A stretch of 61,942 nucleotides of DNA, counting the filler. It is 6 parts of 6 records of this genome, joined end to end, with 100 filler letters (N's around TTAATTAATTAA, not from the genome) between each part and the next. Parts side by side here need not be neighbours in the genome. Positions count along the whole stretch, not along the records: positions 24,169 to 31,654 come from SRR31156797_15029; positions 31,755 to 37,769 come from SRR31156797_15053; positions 37,870 to 53,359 come from SRR31156797_15056; 3 more parts are not named here. One strand, written 5' to 3'. The notes beneath the pieces were generated by a model. The model did not search any database. It saw nothing but the letters and a program-made list of their open reading frames with translations, and was not told where the DNA came from. This document shows, in pieces, positions 30,051 through 40,312 of the stretch. The stretch's first letter is position 1. Every line of letters begins with the position of its first letter. Position numbers and translations under genes: made by a program.

Positions 30051-31321
30051 TGACGACCGAATCCAAAAAGAAAACCCTTGGCATGGTGCTCAAGGGGTAT
30101 CCGCGCATTTCCGAGACATTTATTTCCAACGAAATTCGTTTGCTTGAAGAGATGGGATTTAATATCCACATCTATTCCATGCGCGCTCCTCGCGAAAATT
30201 TTTCTCACAAGTCCATCAAGGCGATCAAGGCCAAAGTCACATATCTGCCGTCTTCCATGATTTGGGGGCTTCCGGCCTTCCTTTGGTACAACATCCGTCT
30301 TTTTTGCAAAATGCCCAAGCGATACATGGAATGTCTTAAGCTCATGAAGTCCCGTTTCGCATTGGCTCCTAAAAAGTACACTTGGGTCAAGCATATGCTT
30401 CAGGCCGGGTACATCATGCAGAAATCCGTGCTTGATGATGGTGTTGATCTGGCTCATATGCATGGCCATTTTGCGCATACGCCGACAACCGTCACCATGT
30501 ACGCCGCTTTCCTTGCCGGTATACCGTTTTCTTTTACGGCCCATGCCAAGGACATCTATACTCAGGATCCGCGTCGTATTCAGGACAAAGTTGATCGGGC
30601 CAAGTTTGTGGTCACCTGTACAAAATACAATGCCAACCATCTTGAAAAGACAGTGGGCGGAAAGAAGCCTATCCATTGTGTGTATCACGGTATTAATCTT
30701 GACCTGTTTTCACCCAATGGGCGTGGAATCAAAGCCAAGACGCCGTATCATATTTTGACGGTCGCTCGTTTTGTGGAAAAGAAAGGGCTGGATACTGTGC
30801 TTATGGCCCTCGCCAAGCTGCGGAGCGAAGGGCTTGATTTTCGTTACACTCTTGTGGGCGAGGGTAAGGCCAAATTCAATCGCAAGATCGAAAAGCTTAT
30901 TCAGGATCTTGGTCTTAATGATGTGACCACATTGACCGGCACTATTACTCACGATGACGTTATCGAGTTGCTCGGTTCGTCCGATTGTTTCACCTTGGGG
31001 TGTCGTGAAGCCAAGGATGGAGATCGTGATGGCATCCCCAACGTGGTGGCCGAATCCATGGCAACGGGTGTGCCTGTCACTGCCACGGATGTGTCCGGTG
31101 TTCCCGAATTGGTGGTTCACGAAGAAACCGGCCTGCTTTGTCCATCCAACGATGTAGATGCTTTGGCCGACATTATTCGTCGGTCCCTCACTGACGACGA
31201 ATTGCGCGCCCGGATTATTCCTGCTGCCAATGAGACAGTGCATGAGCTTTTCAACAACAAGAAGCTCATCAACACATTGGGCGAAATATACAAGTCGCAC
31301 GGCGTTCCCTGTCCCAAATAG
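30050..31321 (+). CDS. Glycosyltransferase family 4
   Basis: LKGYPRISETFI, HGHFAHTP, FTAHAKDIY, ARFVEKKG, DRDGIPNVVAESMA. Confidence 0.92.
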   Translation: MTTESKKKTLGMVLKGYPRISETFISNEIRLLEEMGFNIHIYSMRAPRENFSHKSIKAIKAKVTYLPSSMIWGLPAFLWYNIRLFCKMPKRYMECLKLMKSRFALAPKKYTWVKHMLQAGYIMQKSVLDDGVDLAHMHGHFAHTPTTVTMYAAFLAGIPFSFTAHAKDIYTQDPRRIQDKVDRAKFVVTCTKYNANHLEKTVGGKKPIHCVYHGINLDLFSPNGRGIKAKTPYHILTVARFVEKKGLDTVLMALAKLRSEGLDFRYTLVGEGKAKFNRKIEKLIQDLGLNDVTTLTGTITHDDVIELLGSSDCFTLGCREAKDGDRDGIPNVVAESMATGVPVTATDVSGVPELVVHEETGLLCPSNDVDALADIIRRSLTDDELRARIIPAANETVHELFNNKKLINTLGEIYKSHGVPCPK

Positions 31322-31327
31322 GAAGAG

Positions 31328-31420
31328 TGCCTGCCGGCGGCCTCCTTCGGAGAGACAAGGGCGCTGCCCTTGACCCACCAAAGGGCGAACCCCTTTGGAA
31401 TCCCGTGTCGCCTTCGGCGA
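31328..31420 (+). repeat. Palindromic intergenic repeat (REP/MITE-like), copy A
   Basis: Begins TGCCTGCCGGCGGC and ends GTCGCCTTCGGCGA; internal hairpins CAAGGG/CCCTTG and CCAAAGGG/CCCTTTGG. Confidence 0.65.
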
Positions 31421-31514
31421 GGGGTTGTTATTGTGATTTAAATTAGAAAAATGATTTATACGGCGCATCATGTTTCAAGCATGGTGCGTTTTTTTGTGCC
31501 TGATGGATCACCTT

Positions 31515-31636
31515 TCGCCGAAGGCGACCCAAAAAGTTTAGGAAGGAGAGAGGGATAGGGGGTCTGGGGGAAAGGGAGAGAGGGAAGCCCTTTTCAAAGG
31601 GTTCCTTCTCTCCCTTTCCCCCAGCCGCCGGAGGCA
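31515..31636 (-). repeat. Palindromic intergenic repeat (REP/MITE-like), copy B, inverted
   Basis: On minus begins TGCCTCCGGCGGC and ends GTCGCCTTCGGCGA; long internal hairpin 31564-31624. A TCGCCGAAGGCG end fragment also occurs at 24181-24192. Confidence 0.7.
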
Positions 31637-31654
31637 TCTTTTATCCCTTACTCT

Positions 31655-31754
31655 NNNNNNNNNNNNNNNNNNNNNNNNNNNNNNNNNNNNNNNNNNNNTT
31701 AATTAATTAANNNNNNNNNNNNNNNNNNNNNNNNNNNNNNNNNNNNNNNNNNNN
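31655..31754. other. Artificial contig spacer
   Basis: N44-TTAATTAATTAA-N44. Confidence 0.99.
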
Positions 31755-32133
31755 GGATAACGACCGCATGGGCCATGGGATATTCGTCGCTCATGGATAC
31801 GTCAAGTTGCGCCGCCATGCCGACCGGAGTCAATGCCCTCATCCGTTGTGCCGCACCGCCTGAAAGCAGAAGATAGGGTTTCCCGCTTTTTTCGTTGCGA
31901 ACCTCGATATCGCGCAAGAACACCCCTTGGCGAAGACCGGTTCCAAGTGCCTTGGTACAGGCTTCCTTGGCGGCGAAGCATTGGGCCAATACCGCCGCCG
32001 GATTGGCACGACGGTCCGCTTTCGCCCGTTCGGCTGCGGTGAATACCCGTGCCAGGAACCGCTCGCCGAAACGCTCAAGGGCGCGTTCGACGCGGCGCAT
32101 ATCGCAAAGATCGGTGCCGAGCCCCAGTATCAT
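31755..32133 (-). CDS. acpS: Holo-ACP synthase, 3'-truncated
   Basis: [33 protein letters not shown]. Confidence 0.95.
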
Positions 32134-32870
32134 ACGCCGCCGCGGGCCTCATCCATGCGCTGCCGCATACCGCGGATGCTTTCGGAAAGACCGACGAATA
32201 TGGCCTCGCCAACCAGGAAATGACCGATATTCAACTCGAAGATGGTCGGGATAGCAGCGATTGGCGCCACCGTATCGTAGGTCAGACCGTGTCCGGCATG
32301 GCACTCGAGCCCGATGCCTTCGGCATAGGCCGCAGCATTTGCAATGCGCGCCAGTTCCCTTTCGCGGGCGGGACCGTCCTGGGCGTCGCAATAAGCCCCG
32401 GTGTGCAGTTCGACAACCGGTGCCCCCAGGGCAACGGCCGCATCCAATTGCCGGCGATCGGCCTCAATGAAAAGCGACACCCTGATTCCGGCGGCATTCA
32501 GACTGCTGACGAAAGGCTGCAGATGGTTGTGCCCGCCGGCTGCATCCAATCCTCCCTCGGTGGTGCGTTCCTCGCGCTTTTCAGGAACGATGCAGGCTGC
32601 ATGCGGGACATGCCGGAGCGCTATTTCCAACATTTCCTCCGTCGCCGCCATTTCGAGGTTGAGCGGTGCATCGATGGCGCCACGGATATTGGTGATGTCG
32701 TCATCAGAGATATGACGGCGGTCTTCCCGCAAATGCGCGGTTATTCCGTCCGCCCCGGCTTCGACCGCCAACATTGCCGCTCGCAACGGGTCGGGAAAAG
32801 GAGCGCCGCGTGCATTCCGTATGGTTGCAACATGGTCGATGTTGACACCCAGTCTAAGTGGCCGTTTCAT
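32130..32870 (-). CDS. pdxJ: Pyridoxine 5'-phosphate synthase
   Basis: [47 protein letters not shown]. Confidence 0.97.
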   Translation of the reverse strand: MKRPLRLGVNIDHVATIRNARGAPFPDPLRAAMLAVEAGADGITAHLREDRRHISDDDITNIRGAIDAPLNLEMAATEEMLEIALRHVPHAACIVPEKREERTTEGGLDAAGGHNHLQPFVSSLNAAGIRVSLFIEADRRQLDAAVALGAPVVELHTGAYCDAQDGPARERELARIANAAAYAEGIGLECHAGHGLTYDTVAPIAAIPTIFELNIGHFLVGEAIFVGLSESIRGMRQRMDEARGGV

Positions 32871-33465
32871 CGCCGACCTCCTGTGTCTTCGCCACTGCTT
32901 TTTTCATGAGCCGCATTCGCCGGCGCCTTTGGTAGGCGGCGACGGCTGGCTTCAAGGGTAAATAAAACGCGAACCACGCGATGATCGCGTTGGGAATTCC
33001 GCCGACAATCATCGGCAATAGAACCGGCCAGGACGTTTCGAAAAGAAACGCGAGGTCCATGCTGAGCACGGCTTCGGTTACGGTTCCGAAAAAGCGGTGG
33101 AAATCCAGCTTCTCGGCGTTGGCTCCAAAGGAATCGCCAAGAATCCACCGACCGACCTGATATATCCAGATCCAGATGAAGGGAAAGGTCCATGGATTTC
33201 CTACCAAGGTACCGACGGCGGAAGCCAGAAGACTCGCTCGCAGCGCCCAGGCCATCAGACAGCCGAACGCAAGGTGGGTTCCGACGAAAGGTGTGAACGA
33301 GATGGCGGCACCGCAAGCAAAGCCGGCTGCTACGTAATAGGGCGAACCGGGAAGACGCGCCATACGGTGAAACTGATAGCTGAGCGCCCGCTTCCACCCG
33401 GCCGTCGGCCAGACATACTCGCGGAAACGCTTCAGCCAGGTCAGCTTTTTTCGCCGTAAAAACAT
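32854..33465 (-). CDS. DUF2062 membrane protein
   Basis: [35 protein letters not shown]; start placed at ATG 33465. Confidence 0.85.
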   Translation of the reverse strand: MFLRRKKLTWLKRFREYVWPTAGWKRALSYQFHRMARLPGSPYYVAAGFACGAAISFTPFVGTHLAFGCLMAWALRASLLASAVGTLVGNPWTFPFIWIWIYQVGRWILGDSFGANAEKLDFHRFFGTVTEAVLSMDLAFLFETSWPVLLPMIVGGIPNAIIAWFAFYLPLKPAVAAYQRRRRMRLMKKAVAKTQEVGDETAT

Positions 33466-33561
33466 GGCGTGAATATATTCGAACCAATCGACGAAGGAGA
33501 GGAAAATCGCGTGGTCACGGAATCTCTTTCTTCGCCGCGACAACCGGCAATGCCCGATACC

Positions 33562-35712
33562 CTATCCGCGTGCCCGTTCCACCTGGTTGATAACGGGCGA
33601 GGCACGCAAAGCGGCAATGACGTTACTGAGATGTTTCAGGTTCTTGACTTCGACATCGACCAGGATTTCGAAAAAATCCGTCGACCGGTTGGTAATCCGC
33701 AAATTGTTGATATTGCCCTCGCTCTTGGCAATGATGTTCGAAACGGTACCCAGACTTCCGGGTTCGTTCATCAGTATCAGATTGATCCGTCCGACATGGA
33801 CCTCCATGTCCCCGGTATCGACTTCCCATGAAACGTCGAGCCAACGTTCCGGCTGGTCGCCAAGTCCTTCCAGTTCATGGCAATCAATGGTGTGGATGGT
33901 GACGCCCCGGCCGGTCGCAATGATCCCGACGATGCGATCGCCCGGCAACGGATGACAACATCCGGCAAAATGGACGGCCATGCCGGGTATCAGTCCAACG
34001 ATGGGCACGCCGATCGTTTTATCCTTGCTTGAACGACCACGCGCCCGTCCGATGGGTACCACTTTTTCCGGCCCCAAGCGCTTTGCACGCACGCCCGGAT
34101 AGACCGTTTCCAGAACCTCTCGGCCGGTCACATGGCCGGCGCCAACCAGGGCACACAGGTCATCGGGTGTATTCGCCTTGAAGTTTTTAAGAACACCGTC
34201 GAGCGCCTTGTCCGTCAGGTCATAATCCGATTCACGGAAAGTCCGCTGAAGGATGGATCGGCCCAGCTGACCGTATTGTTCGCGTTCTTTGGCACGGATA
34301 AACCGGCGAATGCGGGCCCGGGCCCGTCCGGTCACGACAAAACGTTCCCATTCCGGGGACGGCGTTTGCGCCTTCGATGTCAGAACCTCGACCTGATCGC
34401 CGTTTTTCAGGGCCACTTTGAGAGGCCTGATACGGCCGTTGATCTTGGCCCCTACGCAGGTATCGCCGACTTCGCTGTGAACGGCGTAAGCAAAGTCCAC
34501 CGGCGTCGCACCTCCCGGCAGGCTGATCAGGTCGCCCTTCGGGGTGAAGCAGAAGACCTGATCCTGGAACATCTCAAGCTTGGTGTTCTCAAGAAACTCT
34601 TCGGGGCCCGAAGCCTGCTCAAGGATTTCCAGAAGTTCTCTGAGCCATTGATATTGCGGCCCTTCGGTGCTTCCGATTTGCTGCTTGTAATTCCAGTGGG
34701 CGGCAACGCCGCGTTCCGCCACCTCATGCATTTCCCAAGTGCGGATCTGCACCTCGATTCGTTCGCCGCGCGGACCGAACACACCGGTATGAACCGACCG
34801 GTAGCCGTTCGGTTTCGGCGTGCTGACATAGTCCTTGAAGCGCCCCGGAACGACCGGAAAGGAATTGTGAATGACGCCCAGCGCCCGATAGACATTGTCG
34901 ATCCCCTCGACCATGAATCGGAACGCCATGATGTCGCACAGTTGTTCGAAATTGATGCTGTCGCGCTGCATCTTGCGCCAAATGGAATAGGGCTTCTTCT
35001 CGCGGCCGGAAATCTCCGCCTTGATGCCCGCTTCTTCAGCCAATCTATTCAGTTGATCGACAATTCCGGGAACGCTCTCGCCGGTGTGTTTGCGCAGGAA
35101 ATCCAGGCGAACCAGGATGGAGTTGCGGGCATCCGGATTTATTTCCGCAAACGCCATGTCCTCAAGCTCATTCTTGATTTCATGCATGCCGATACGCTCG
35201 GCCAACGGCGCGTAGATCTCCATGGTTTCGACGGCTATGCGCCGGCGCTTATCTTCGTTTTTGATGTAGTGCAACGTGCGCATATTGTGCAGCCGGTCGG
35301 CCAGCTTCACCAGCAGGACCCGGATGTCCTTGGACATGGCCAGGACAAGTTTTCGAAAATTTTCGGCCTGGCTGGCCTGATCGGATTGAAGTTCGATCCG
35401 CGTCAGCTTGGTAACGCCGTCCACCAAGCGATAGACTTCTGCCCCGAAATGTTCCTCGATTTCCTCCGGCGTCGCCGGAGTGTCCTCGATGGTGTCGTGA
35501 AGAAGCGCCGTGATGATGGATGCCGTATCCAGGCGGTAATCGGTCAGAATGCCAGCAACTTCCAACGGATGGGAGAAAAACGGATCGCCCGAGGCTCTTT
35601 TCTGCGAACCGTGAGCCCGCATTGCAAACACGTAGGCGCGGTTAAGCGCATCCTCGTCAACGCCCGGATCGTAGGCAAGAACACGCTCGACAAGTTCGAA
35701 TTGACGGATCAT
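33562..35712 (-). CDS. spoT: Bifunctional (p)ppGpp synthetase/hydrolase (RelA/SpoT, Rsh)
   Basis: HD motif LLHDTIEDT, KLADRLHNMRTL, RFKDY...KPNGYRS, EVQIRT, TGS (FTPKG), CCHP and ACT domains. Confidence 0.97.
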   Translation of the reverse strand: MIRQFELVERVLAYDPGVDEDALNRAYVFAMRAHGSQKRASGDPFFSHPLEVAGILTDYRLDTASIITALLHDTIEDTPATPEEIEEHFGAEVYRLVDGVTKLTRIELQSDQASQAENFRKLVLAMSKDIRVLLVKLADRLHNMRTLHYIKNEDKRRRIAVETMEIYAPLAERIGMHEIKNELEDMAFAEINPDARNSILVRLDFLRKHTGESVPGIVDQLNRLAEEAGIKAEISGREKKPYSIWRKMQRDSINFEQLCDIMAFRFMVEGIDNVYRALGVIHNSFPVVPGRFKDYVSTPKPNGYRSVHTGVFGPRGERIEVQIRTWEMHEVAERGVAAHWNYKQQIGSTEGPQYQWLRELLEILEQASGPEEFLENTKLEMFQDQVFCFTPKGDLISLPGGATPVDFAYAVHSEVGDTCVGAKINGRIRPLKVALKNGDQVEVLTSKAQTPSPEWERFVVTGRARARIRRFIRAKEREQYGQLGRSILQRTFRESDYDLTDKALDGVLKNFKANTPDDLCALVGAGHVTGREVLETVYPGVRAKRLGPEKVVPIGRARGRSSKDKTIGVPIVGLIPGMAVHFAGCCHPLPGDRIVGIIATGRGVTIHTIDCHELEGLGDQPERWLDVSWEVDTGDMEVHVGRINLILMNEPGSLGTVSNIIAKSEGNINNLRITNRSTDFFEILVDVEVKNLKHLSNVIAALRASPVINQVERARG

Positions 35713-35810
35713 CCAGCGCCCCAGGGCAAATCAGCCGCGATCCCAAGGCGCTGAATAACTGATCCTATGGAAAAACCGGTTGCCCGCAAAGTATGGCGTT
35801 ACCGCCCAAA

Positions 35811-36245
35811 TCAGTTTTCTTCGTCTTCGGCTACAGCGGCGGCATCGTCTTCAAATTGGGCCGTTGCCGGAAGCCCATCGTCGTCTTCCCCGGCGGCCGC
35901 TTCGACCTCGGCGCCAGCAGCAACCGCACCATCCGTATCCGGTGCATCTCCGACAGAAATGCCCAGTTCCTGTTGAATGGCAAGAAGATCCATCTCGTCC
36001 TCTTCCGGCTCGTCGGCTTCGACAAATTTCTGCAAGCCTTTGACCAAGGAACCTTCCAGTTCGCCGGTATCGATGGATTCATCGGCGATTTCACGCAACG
36101 CCACCACCGGGTTTTTGTCATTGTCCCGATCGACTGTCAGAGCGGCTCCGGCCGAAATATCACGGGCGCGTTGCGCCGCGAGCATGACGAGCTCGAAACG
36201 ATTGGGAATTTGGACCACACAATCTTCAACGGTTACCCGAGCCAT
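35811..36245 (-). CDS. rpoZ: RNA polymerase omega subunit
   Basis: MARVTVEDC...NRFELV...[12 protein letters not shown] with an acidic C-tail typical of Alphaproteobacteria. Confidence 0.97.
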   Translation of the reverse strand: MARVTVEDCVVQIPNRFELVMLAAQRARDISAGAALTVDRDNDKNPVVALREIADESIDTGELEGSLVKGLQKFVEADEPEEDEMDLLAIQQELGISVGDAPDTDGAVAAGAEVEAAAGEDDDGLPATAQFEDDAAAVAEDEEN

Positions 36246-36367
36246 TAATCAGGACTCCGAAATGCTAAGAAGGGAAAAACAACCAAAACGGCCGCCCATA
36301 TATATTTCCCCCGCACAAAACACGCAAGGGCGCAGAATGCTAGCGATTCGCAAAACCCGTCGAGGGA

Positions 36368-36865
36368 CTATGGAATAGGTTCGGCAAATTGACTGGACGG
36401 CAACTCGGCGATCAGGTCAAAAACCGATACCTTTGAGATCGGATGGCACCAATCCGGTGCGATTTCCGACAATGGCCAGAGCACGAATGCACGTTCATGC
36501 ATGCGGGGGTGCGGAAGAAGAACCCCTTCATTCCCGGTGCTGACCCGGCCATCGAAATCAAGAAGATCGAGGTCCAGCACTCTCGGCGCGTTCGGCACCG
36601 ACCTGAAGCGCCCAAAGTCGATCTCGATATGATGCAGAAGCTCAAGCACGGCGGCAGGCTCGGCTTTGCCCGTTTCCGCCGCGACGACACCGTTGACGTA
36701 CCAAGGCTGATCGGACATCGGCACCGGCGCCGTACGATACCAACGCGAGCGTTGAGTCACCTCGATACCGGCGGCGTTCAGAGCCGCAATCGACTCGTGG
36801 CAGTTTCTACGAGGGCTATCGCCTCGGGGGCCGGAAAGATTTGATCCAATGCCGATGAAAATCAT
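36368..36865 (-). CDS. folK: 2-amino-4-hydroxy-6-hydroxymethyldihydropteridine diphosphokinase
   Basis: IGIGSNL, QPWYVN, PRVLDLDLL, LPHPRMHERAFVLWPL. Confidence 0.95.
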   Translation of the reverse strand: MIFIGIGSNLSGPRGDSPRRNCHESIAALNAAGIEVTQRSRWYRTAPVPMSDQPWYVNGVVAAETGKAEPAAVLELLHHIEIDFGRFRSVPNAPRVLDLDLLDFDGRVSTGNEGVLLPHPRMHERAFVLWPLSEIAPDWCHPISKVSVFDLIAELPSSQFAEPIP

Positions 36866-37030
36866 GGGACGCCAAGTCAATTCCAGCTTGCGGCGGTGGA
36901 CGCCGGGGCTTACCTATTCTTAATGAAGGTAAACTGGGCCACTGGGAAGGTACAGCCACTTTGTCGGCCCAACATAAATCATTTTCTTAAGCATTATCCA
37001 TAACAATTTGAAATAAAAGGAATTTTTACA

Positions 37031-37657
37031 ATGAATTTTTATCCCCATGAGCGCTTAGGCCTATTCATCGACGGATCCAACTTGTACGCTGCGGCAAGGG
37101 CGTTGGGGTTTGATATCGATTACCGTCGACTTCTTGAGCTCTTTGCTGCCGAAACGACCTTAATCCGGGCTTTTTACTACACCGCACTTCTCGAAGATCA
37201 GGACTATTCCCCGATACGGCCGTTGGTCGATTGGCTCGACTACAACGGCTATACGATGATTACCAAGCCGACCAAGGAATTCACAGACGCAACTACCGGC
37301 CGGCGCAAGATCAAAGGGAATATGGACATCGAATTGGCGGTCGACGTCATGGAAATGGCCGAAAACCTGGATCATGTGGTTATATTTTCGGGAGATGGTG
37401 ATTTCCGCCGGTTGGTCGAGGCCGTACAGCGACGTGGCGTCAGGGTTTCGGTGGTCAGCACCATCCGTTCGCAGCCGCCGATGGTTGCCGACGAACTGCG
37501 CCGCCAGGCCGATTTTTTCATAGAATTGCAGGACCTTCAGGCGCAGATCGAGCGCATTGGCAACAATCGCGACGAACGCATGCCGGTTGGAACACCTGAC
37601 GCACCCCAAGCGTCCGATGATCCAGACGACGAGGAACCCTACGCCGAGACGGCGTAA
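37031..37657 (+). CDS. NYN domain protein (LabA/DUF88)
   Basis: FIDGSNL, KGNMDIELAVD, SGDGDF, LRRQAD. Confidence 0.92.
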   Translation: MNFYPHERLGLFIDGSNLYAAARALGFDIDYRRLLELFAAETTLIRAFYYTALLEDQDYSPIRPLVDWLDYNGYTMITKPTKEFTDATTGRRKIKGNMDIELAVDVMEMAENLDHVVIFSGDGDFRRLVEAVQRRGVRVSVVSTIRSQPPMVADELRRQADFFIELQDLQAQIERIGNNRDERMPVGTPDAPQASDDPDDEEPYAETA

Positions 37658-37672
37658 GCCGCCCTGCCGGTC

Positions 37673-37769
37673 ATGGCTGCCGATATACAGTCCTTCGCTG
37701 CCCCTGAAACCGATTGCGCGCTCTGTCCACGCTTGGCCGCCTTTCGTGAAGACAATCGGGTCAAATTCC
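37673..37769 (+). CDS. Uracil-DNA glycosylase (family 4/5, Fe-S), 5' fragment
   Basis: MAADIQSFAAPETDCALCPRLAAFRE (CxxCPRL); usual alphaproteobacterial position after the NYN gene. Confidence 0.7.
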
Positions 37770-37869
37770 NNNNNNNNNNNNNNNNNNNNNNNNNNNNNNN
37801 NNNNNNNNNNNNNTTAATTAATTAANNNNNNNNNNNNNNNNNNNNNNNNNNNNNNNNNNNNNNNNNNNN
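37770..37869. other. Artificial contig spacer
   Basis: N44-TTAATTAATTAA-N44. Confidence 0.99.
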
Positions 37870-38226
37870 ACCGATTTCTCCCGCCTGGGGAGCGTCGTGA
37901 CCAACCGGGGATACTCCGACTGGGCGACCTGCGACATCCCCACTCCCACGGAGATAAACTACCGTCTGAGCCGCCGGGGGCCCGATTTCCTAATTGAGGC
38001 GGCCCTGCCCGGAGAGAGTTTCCGTCAGATGAGGATCTTCCACCTCCATGCCCTGGGGGAAACCACGTCCGCCATGGGATCGGCCCAGCCGCCCCTGCCC
38101 GCGGAGGGGAAGGTTTCCTTCGGCCTCTATGCCTGCAGCCCTCTGGACTCTTCCTTTACGGTACGCTTTATGGAGCCCAGGCTGGAACCCTGCCTCTGGC
38201 AATCCCACGGCAGCGAAACGGAATAG
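37870..38226 (+). CDS. DUF1349 family protein, 5'-truncated
   Basis: SVVTNRGYSDWAT, YRLSRRG, QMRIFH, FGLYACSP. Confidence 0.8.
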   Translation, partial: TDFSRLGSVVTNRGYSDWATCDIPTPTEINYRLSRRGPDFLIEAALPGESFRQMRIFHLHALGETTSAMGSAQPPLPAEGKVSFGLYACSPLDSSFTVRFMEPRLEPCLWQSHGSETE

Positions 38227-38260
38227 TCCTGAGGCCGTATAGGGCGCTTTGCCTGTTGGC

Positions 38261-40312
38261 TCAGAAGCCCCGCCCCTCACGGAAGTCCTTCCACATGGTT
38301 TCAAACCAGAACTCCTCTTCGGGAAGGGGCCTGCAGGCTTCATAACGCAGCTCTATCTCCCCGGGCGAGCGGCCCCCCAGGATCTGGACGGAGGCCCTTA
38401 GCTCCGGATTGTCGGATCTGAAGTTCCATTCCCGCCCCAGCAGAGGGTGAAGCGTCCTACCGGACCGTTCCAGCACAAGAAAGGAGCCCCGGCTGCCCCC
38501 GCCTGAAGCCAGATAGGCGTCCACCGCTTTGAGGTAATAGATCTGGGCCAGAGCCATCTGTCGGTTTCTCAGGGCCCCGGGGATCTGCTCCCTGCAGTCG
38601 AGCAGCTGTCTGTCCCATGATTCATACTGGGCCATCGCCTCTTCCAAAGCCCCTGACGCCCCCTCTCGAGAACGGATAAATCCGGCGCTCCGGGTCATCC
38701 TCTTCCGGTATTCGTCCCTGTAGGCGAACACGCTCTTCCGGCCGTCTCTCTTTTTGTCAGCGCCCTTGCCGGCATGCCCTTGGGCGGATGGATCAAGGAT
38801 TCTTATCCCGGCAAGCCAGACCTTTGCTTCCTGTTCCAGAATGGGGTAAAGGGCCTTATGGTCCAGGCTGTTCCCCCCGTAGCTCCGGGAGATCCTGAGG
38901 GCGGCGCGCAGGGCGCCCACCTGTCCCGAGTTCAGGGCGGATCCTCCGGGCCTGTACACCCCATGCGAGCCGTTCAGCTCTCCCACGGCGAAAAGCCGCC
39001 GGATATTGGAAGACTCCCACCACATATCCGTAGACAGGCCGCCGTTGTTGTGCTGCGCGCAGACCGCTATCTCAAGAGGCTCTCTGCGAAGATCGATCCC
39101 ATGATCCCGATACAGGGAGACTGCCGGTTCGTTCAGAAGGAGCAGCCGGTCGATGGGACGATCGCCCCAGGCCCCGGAATGGGACAGATAGCCGGACAGC
39201 TCGGGATCCAGCTGATCCGGATCGGGCCGGTCCGTGCCTCCGTCGGGGTTAATCCGAAAGTCCATGAAAACCCGGCGGCCCTTGATCTCACGCTCTCTGA
39301 AAACGAGGAGATCGATGAGAGAGGATCCTCCGTCGCTCAGCTTTTCCGGATCGAAGGGCCATTGATAGCCCTTCAGAAAGATGGCATGGCACAGCCCCGC
39401 ATAGCTGTCGAAAAAGTCATTCAGAAAGTACTGCCGGCCATCCCCGTCGGGATCGGTGCTGTAATAACAGGGAAGGACCTGCTGGTAGCTCCCCGAAAGG
39501 TTCCAGCGGAACTTTACAGAGGCGATCCCGAACTGGGATTCCGTCAGGTTCACGGCCTCGGCGCCCGCCTCCAGGGCCATCCCTATCCCTCCCCTGTGCA
39601 TGGGAGGATAAACGGAGGTATCGTACAGCCCTCCCGGACCGCCCACTCCCAGAACAGTGTTCTCGGCCAGGTAGAACTCAAGCCCGTAGCTTTCCTTCTC
39701 GAGGTCTCTTGTATTCAGAGCGAGGACGCCCACCGCGCGATCATCCCTATTGGTAAGGACCTTCAGAACCTGCCTGTGGTCGAGGATGGGGATATTCCGC
39801 CTGCGGACCTCCGCGGCCAGGGCCTCGGTCATGGCCCTGGAGGTATAGGGGCCCAGCGAGACGCCCCTGGTCAGGGGATCATGATCGGTTTTATATCCCG
39901 TATAGCCTCCGTAAGGATTATGGGGGAATTTCAGTCCCAGGGAGATGAGATGATAGAAGGCGTTCAGGGAATTCTGCGCCTCGACAAGAGCCATGTCCCC
40001 GTGCATGCAGCCCCCGGACATCAGAGCCCTTGCCATGGCATAGGGGGAATCGGGAGTGATTCCCGCGTCCGCCAGTTTATAATATGTCTGCTTATCCGAC
40101 CCCGTATTCCGGGAGGTTCCCCCCAGGAAGTTGTCCGTCAGGATCAGAATGTCCTCCCCGCCCAGGGCATGGAGCCTCTCGGCGCAGCAGAGGGAGGCCG
40201 CCCCGCTGCCGACCACAAGGCTGTGGCATCTGAAAACGGGAATCCCCGCGCTGCCAAGGGTCAGAGAATCGAGCTTGTCGACGGGACCACTCATATGGTT
40301 CTGTTTTTCCAT
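38261..40312 (-). CDS. FAD-binding oxidoreductase (SdhA/NadB-like flavoprotein, uncharacterised subfamily)
   Basis: LVVGSGAAS FAD motif, GGTSRNTGSDKQTYYK, AQHNNGG, AVGELNGSHG, GGSALNSGQVG, GSRG. Confidence 0.85.
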   Translation of the reverse strand: MEKQNHMSGPVDKLDSLTLGSAGIPVFRCHSLVVGSGAASLCCAERLHALGGEDILILTDNFLGGTSRNTGSDKQTYYKLADAGITPDSPYAMARALMSGGCMHGDMALVEAQNSLNAFYHLISLGLKFPHNPYGGYTGYKTDHDPLTRGVSLGPYTSRAMTEALAAEVRRRNIPILDHRQVLKVLTNRDDRAVGVLALNTRDLEKESYGLEFYLAENTVLGVGGPGGLYDTSVYPPMHRGGIGMALEAGAEAVNLTESQFGIASVKFRWNLSGSYQQVLPCYYSTDPDGDGRQYFLNDFFDSYAGLCHAIFLKGYQWPFDPEKLSDGGSSLIDLLVFREREIKGRRVFMDFRINPDGGTDRPDPDQLDPELSGYLSHSGAWGDRPIDRLLLLNEPAVSLYRDHGIDLRREPLEIAVCAQHNNGGLSTDMWWESSNIRRLFAVGELNGSHGVYRPGGSALNSGQVGALRAALRISRSYGGNSLDHKALYPILEQEAKVWLAGIRILDPSAQGHAGKGADKKRDGRKSVFAYRDEYRKRMTRSAGFIRSREGASGALEEAMAQYESWDRQLLDCREQIPGALRNRQMALAQIYYLKAVDAYLASGGGSRGSFLVLERSGRTLHPLLGREWNFRSDNPELRASVQILGGRSPGEIELRYEACRPLPEEEFWFETMWKDFREGRGF

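Noticed and set aside
34132-35754. 540-aa + strand ORF antisense to spoT (and 32049-32909 opposite pdxJ)
   Set aside because: Antisense shadows expected from codon bias in GC-rich conserved genes; no domain motifs.
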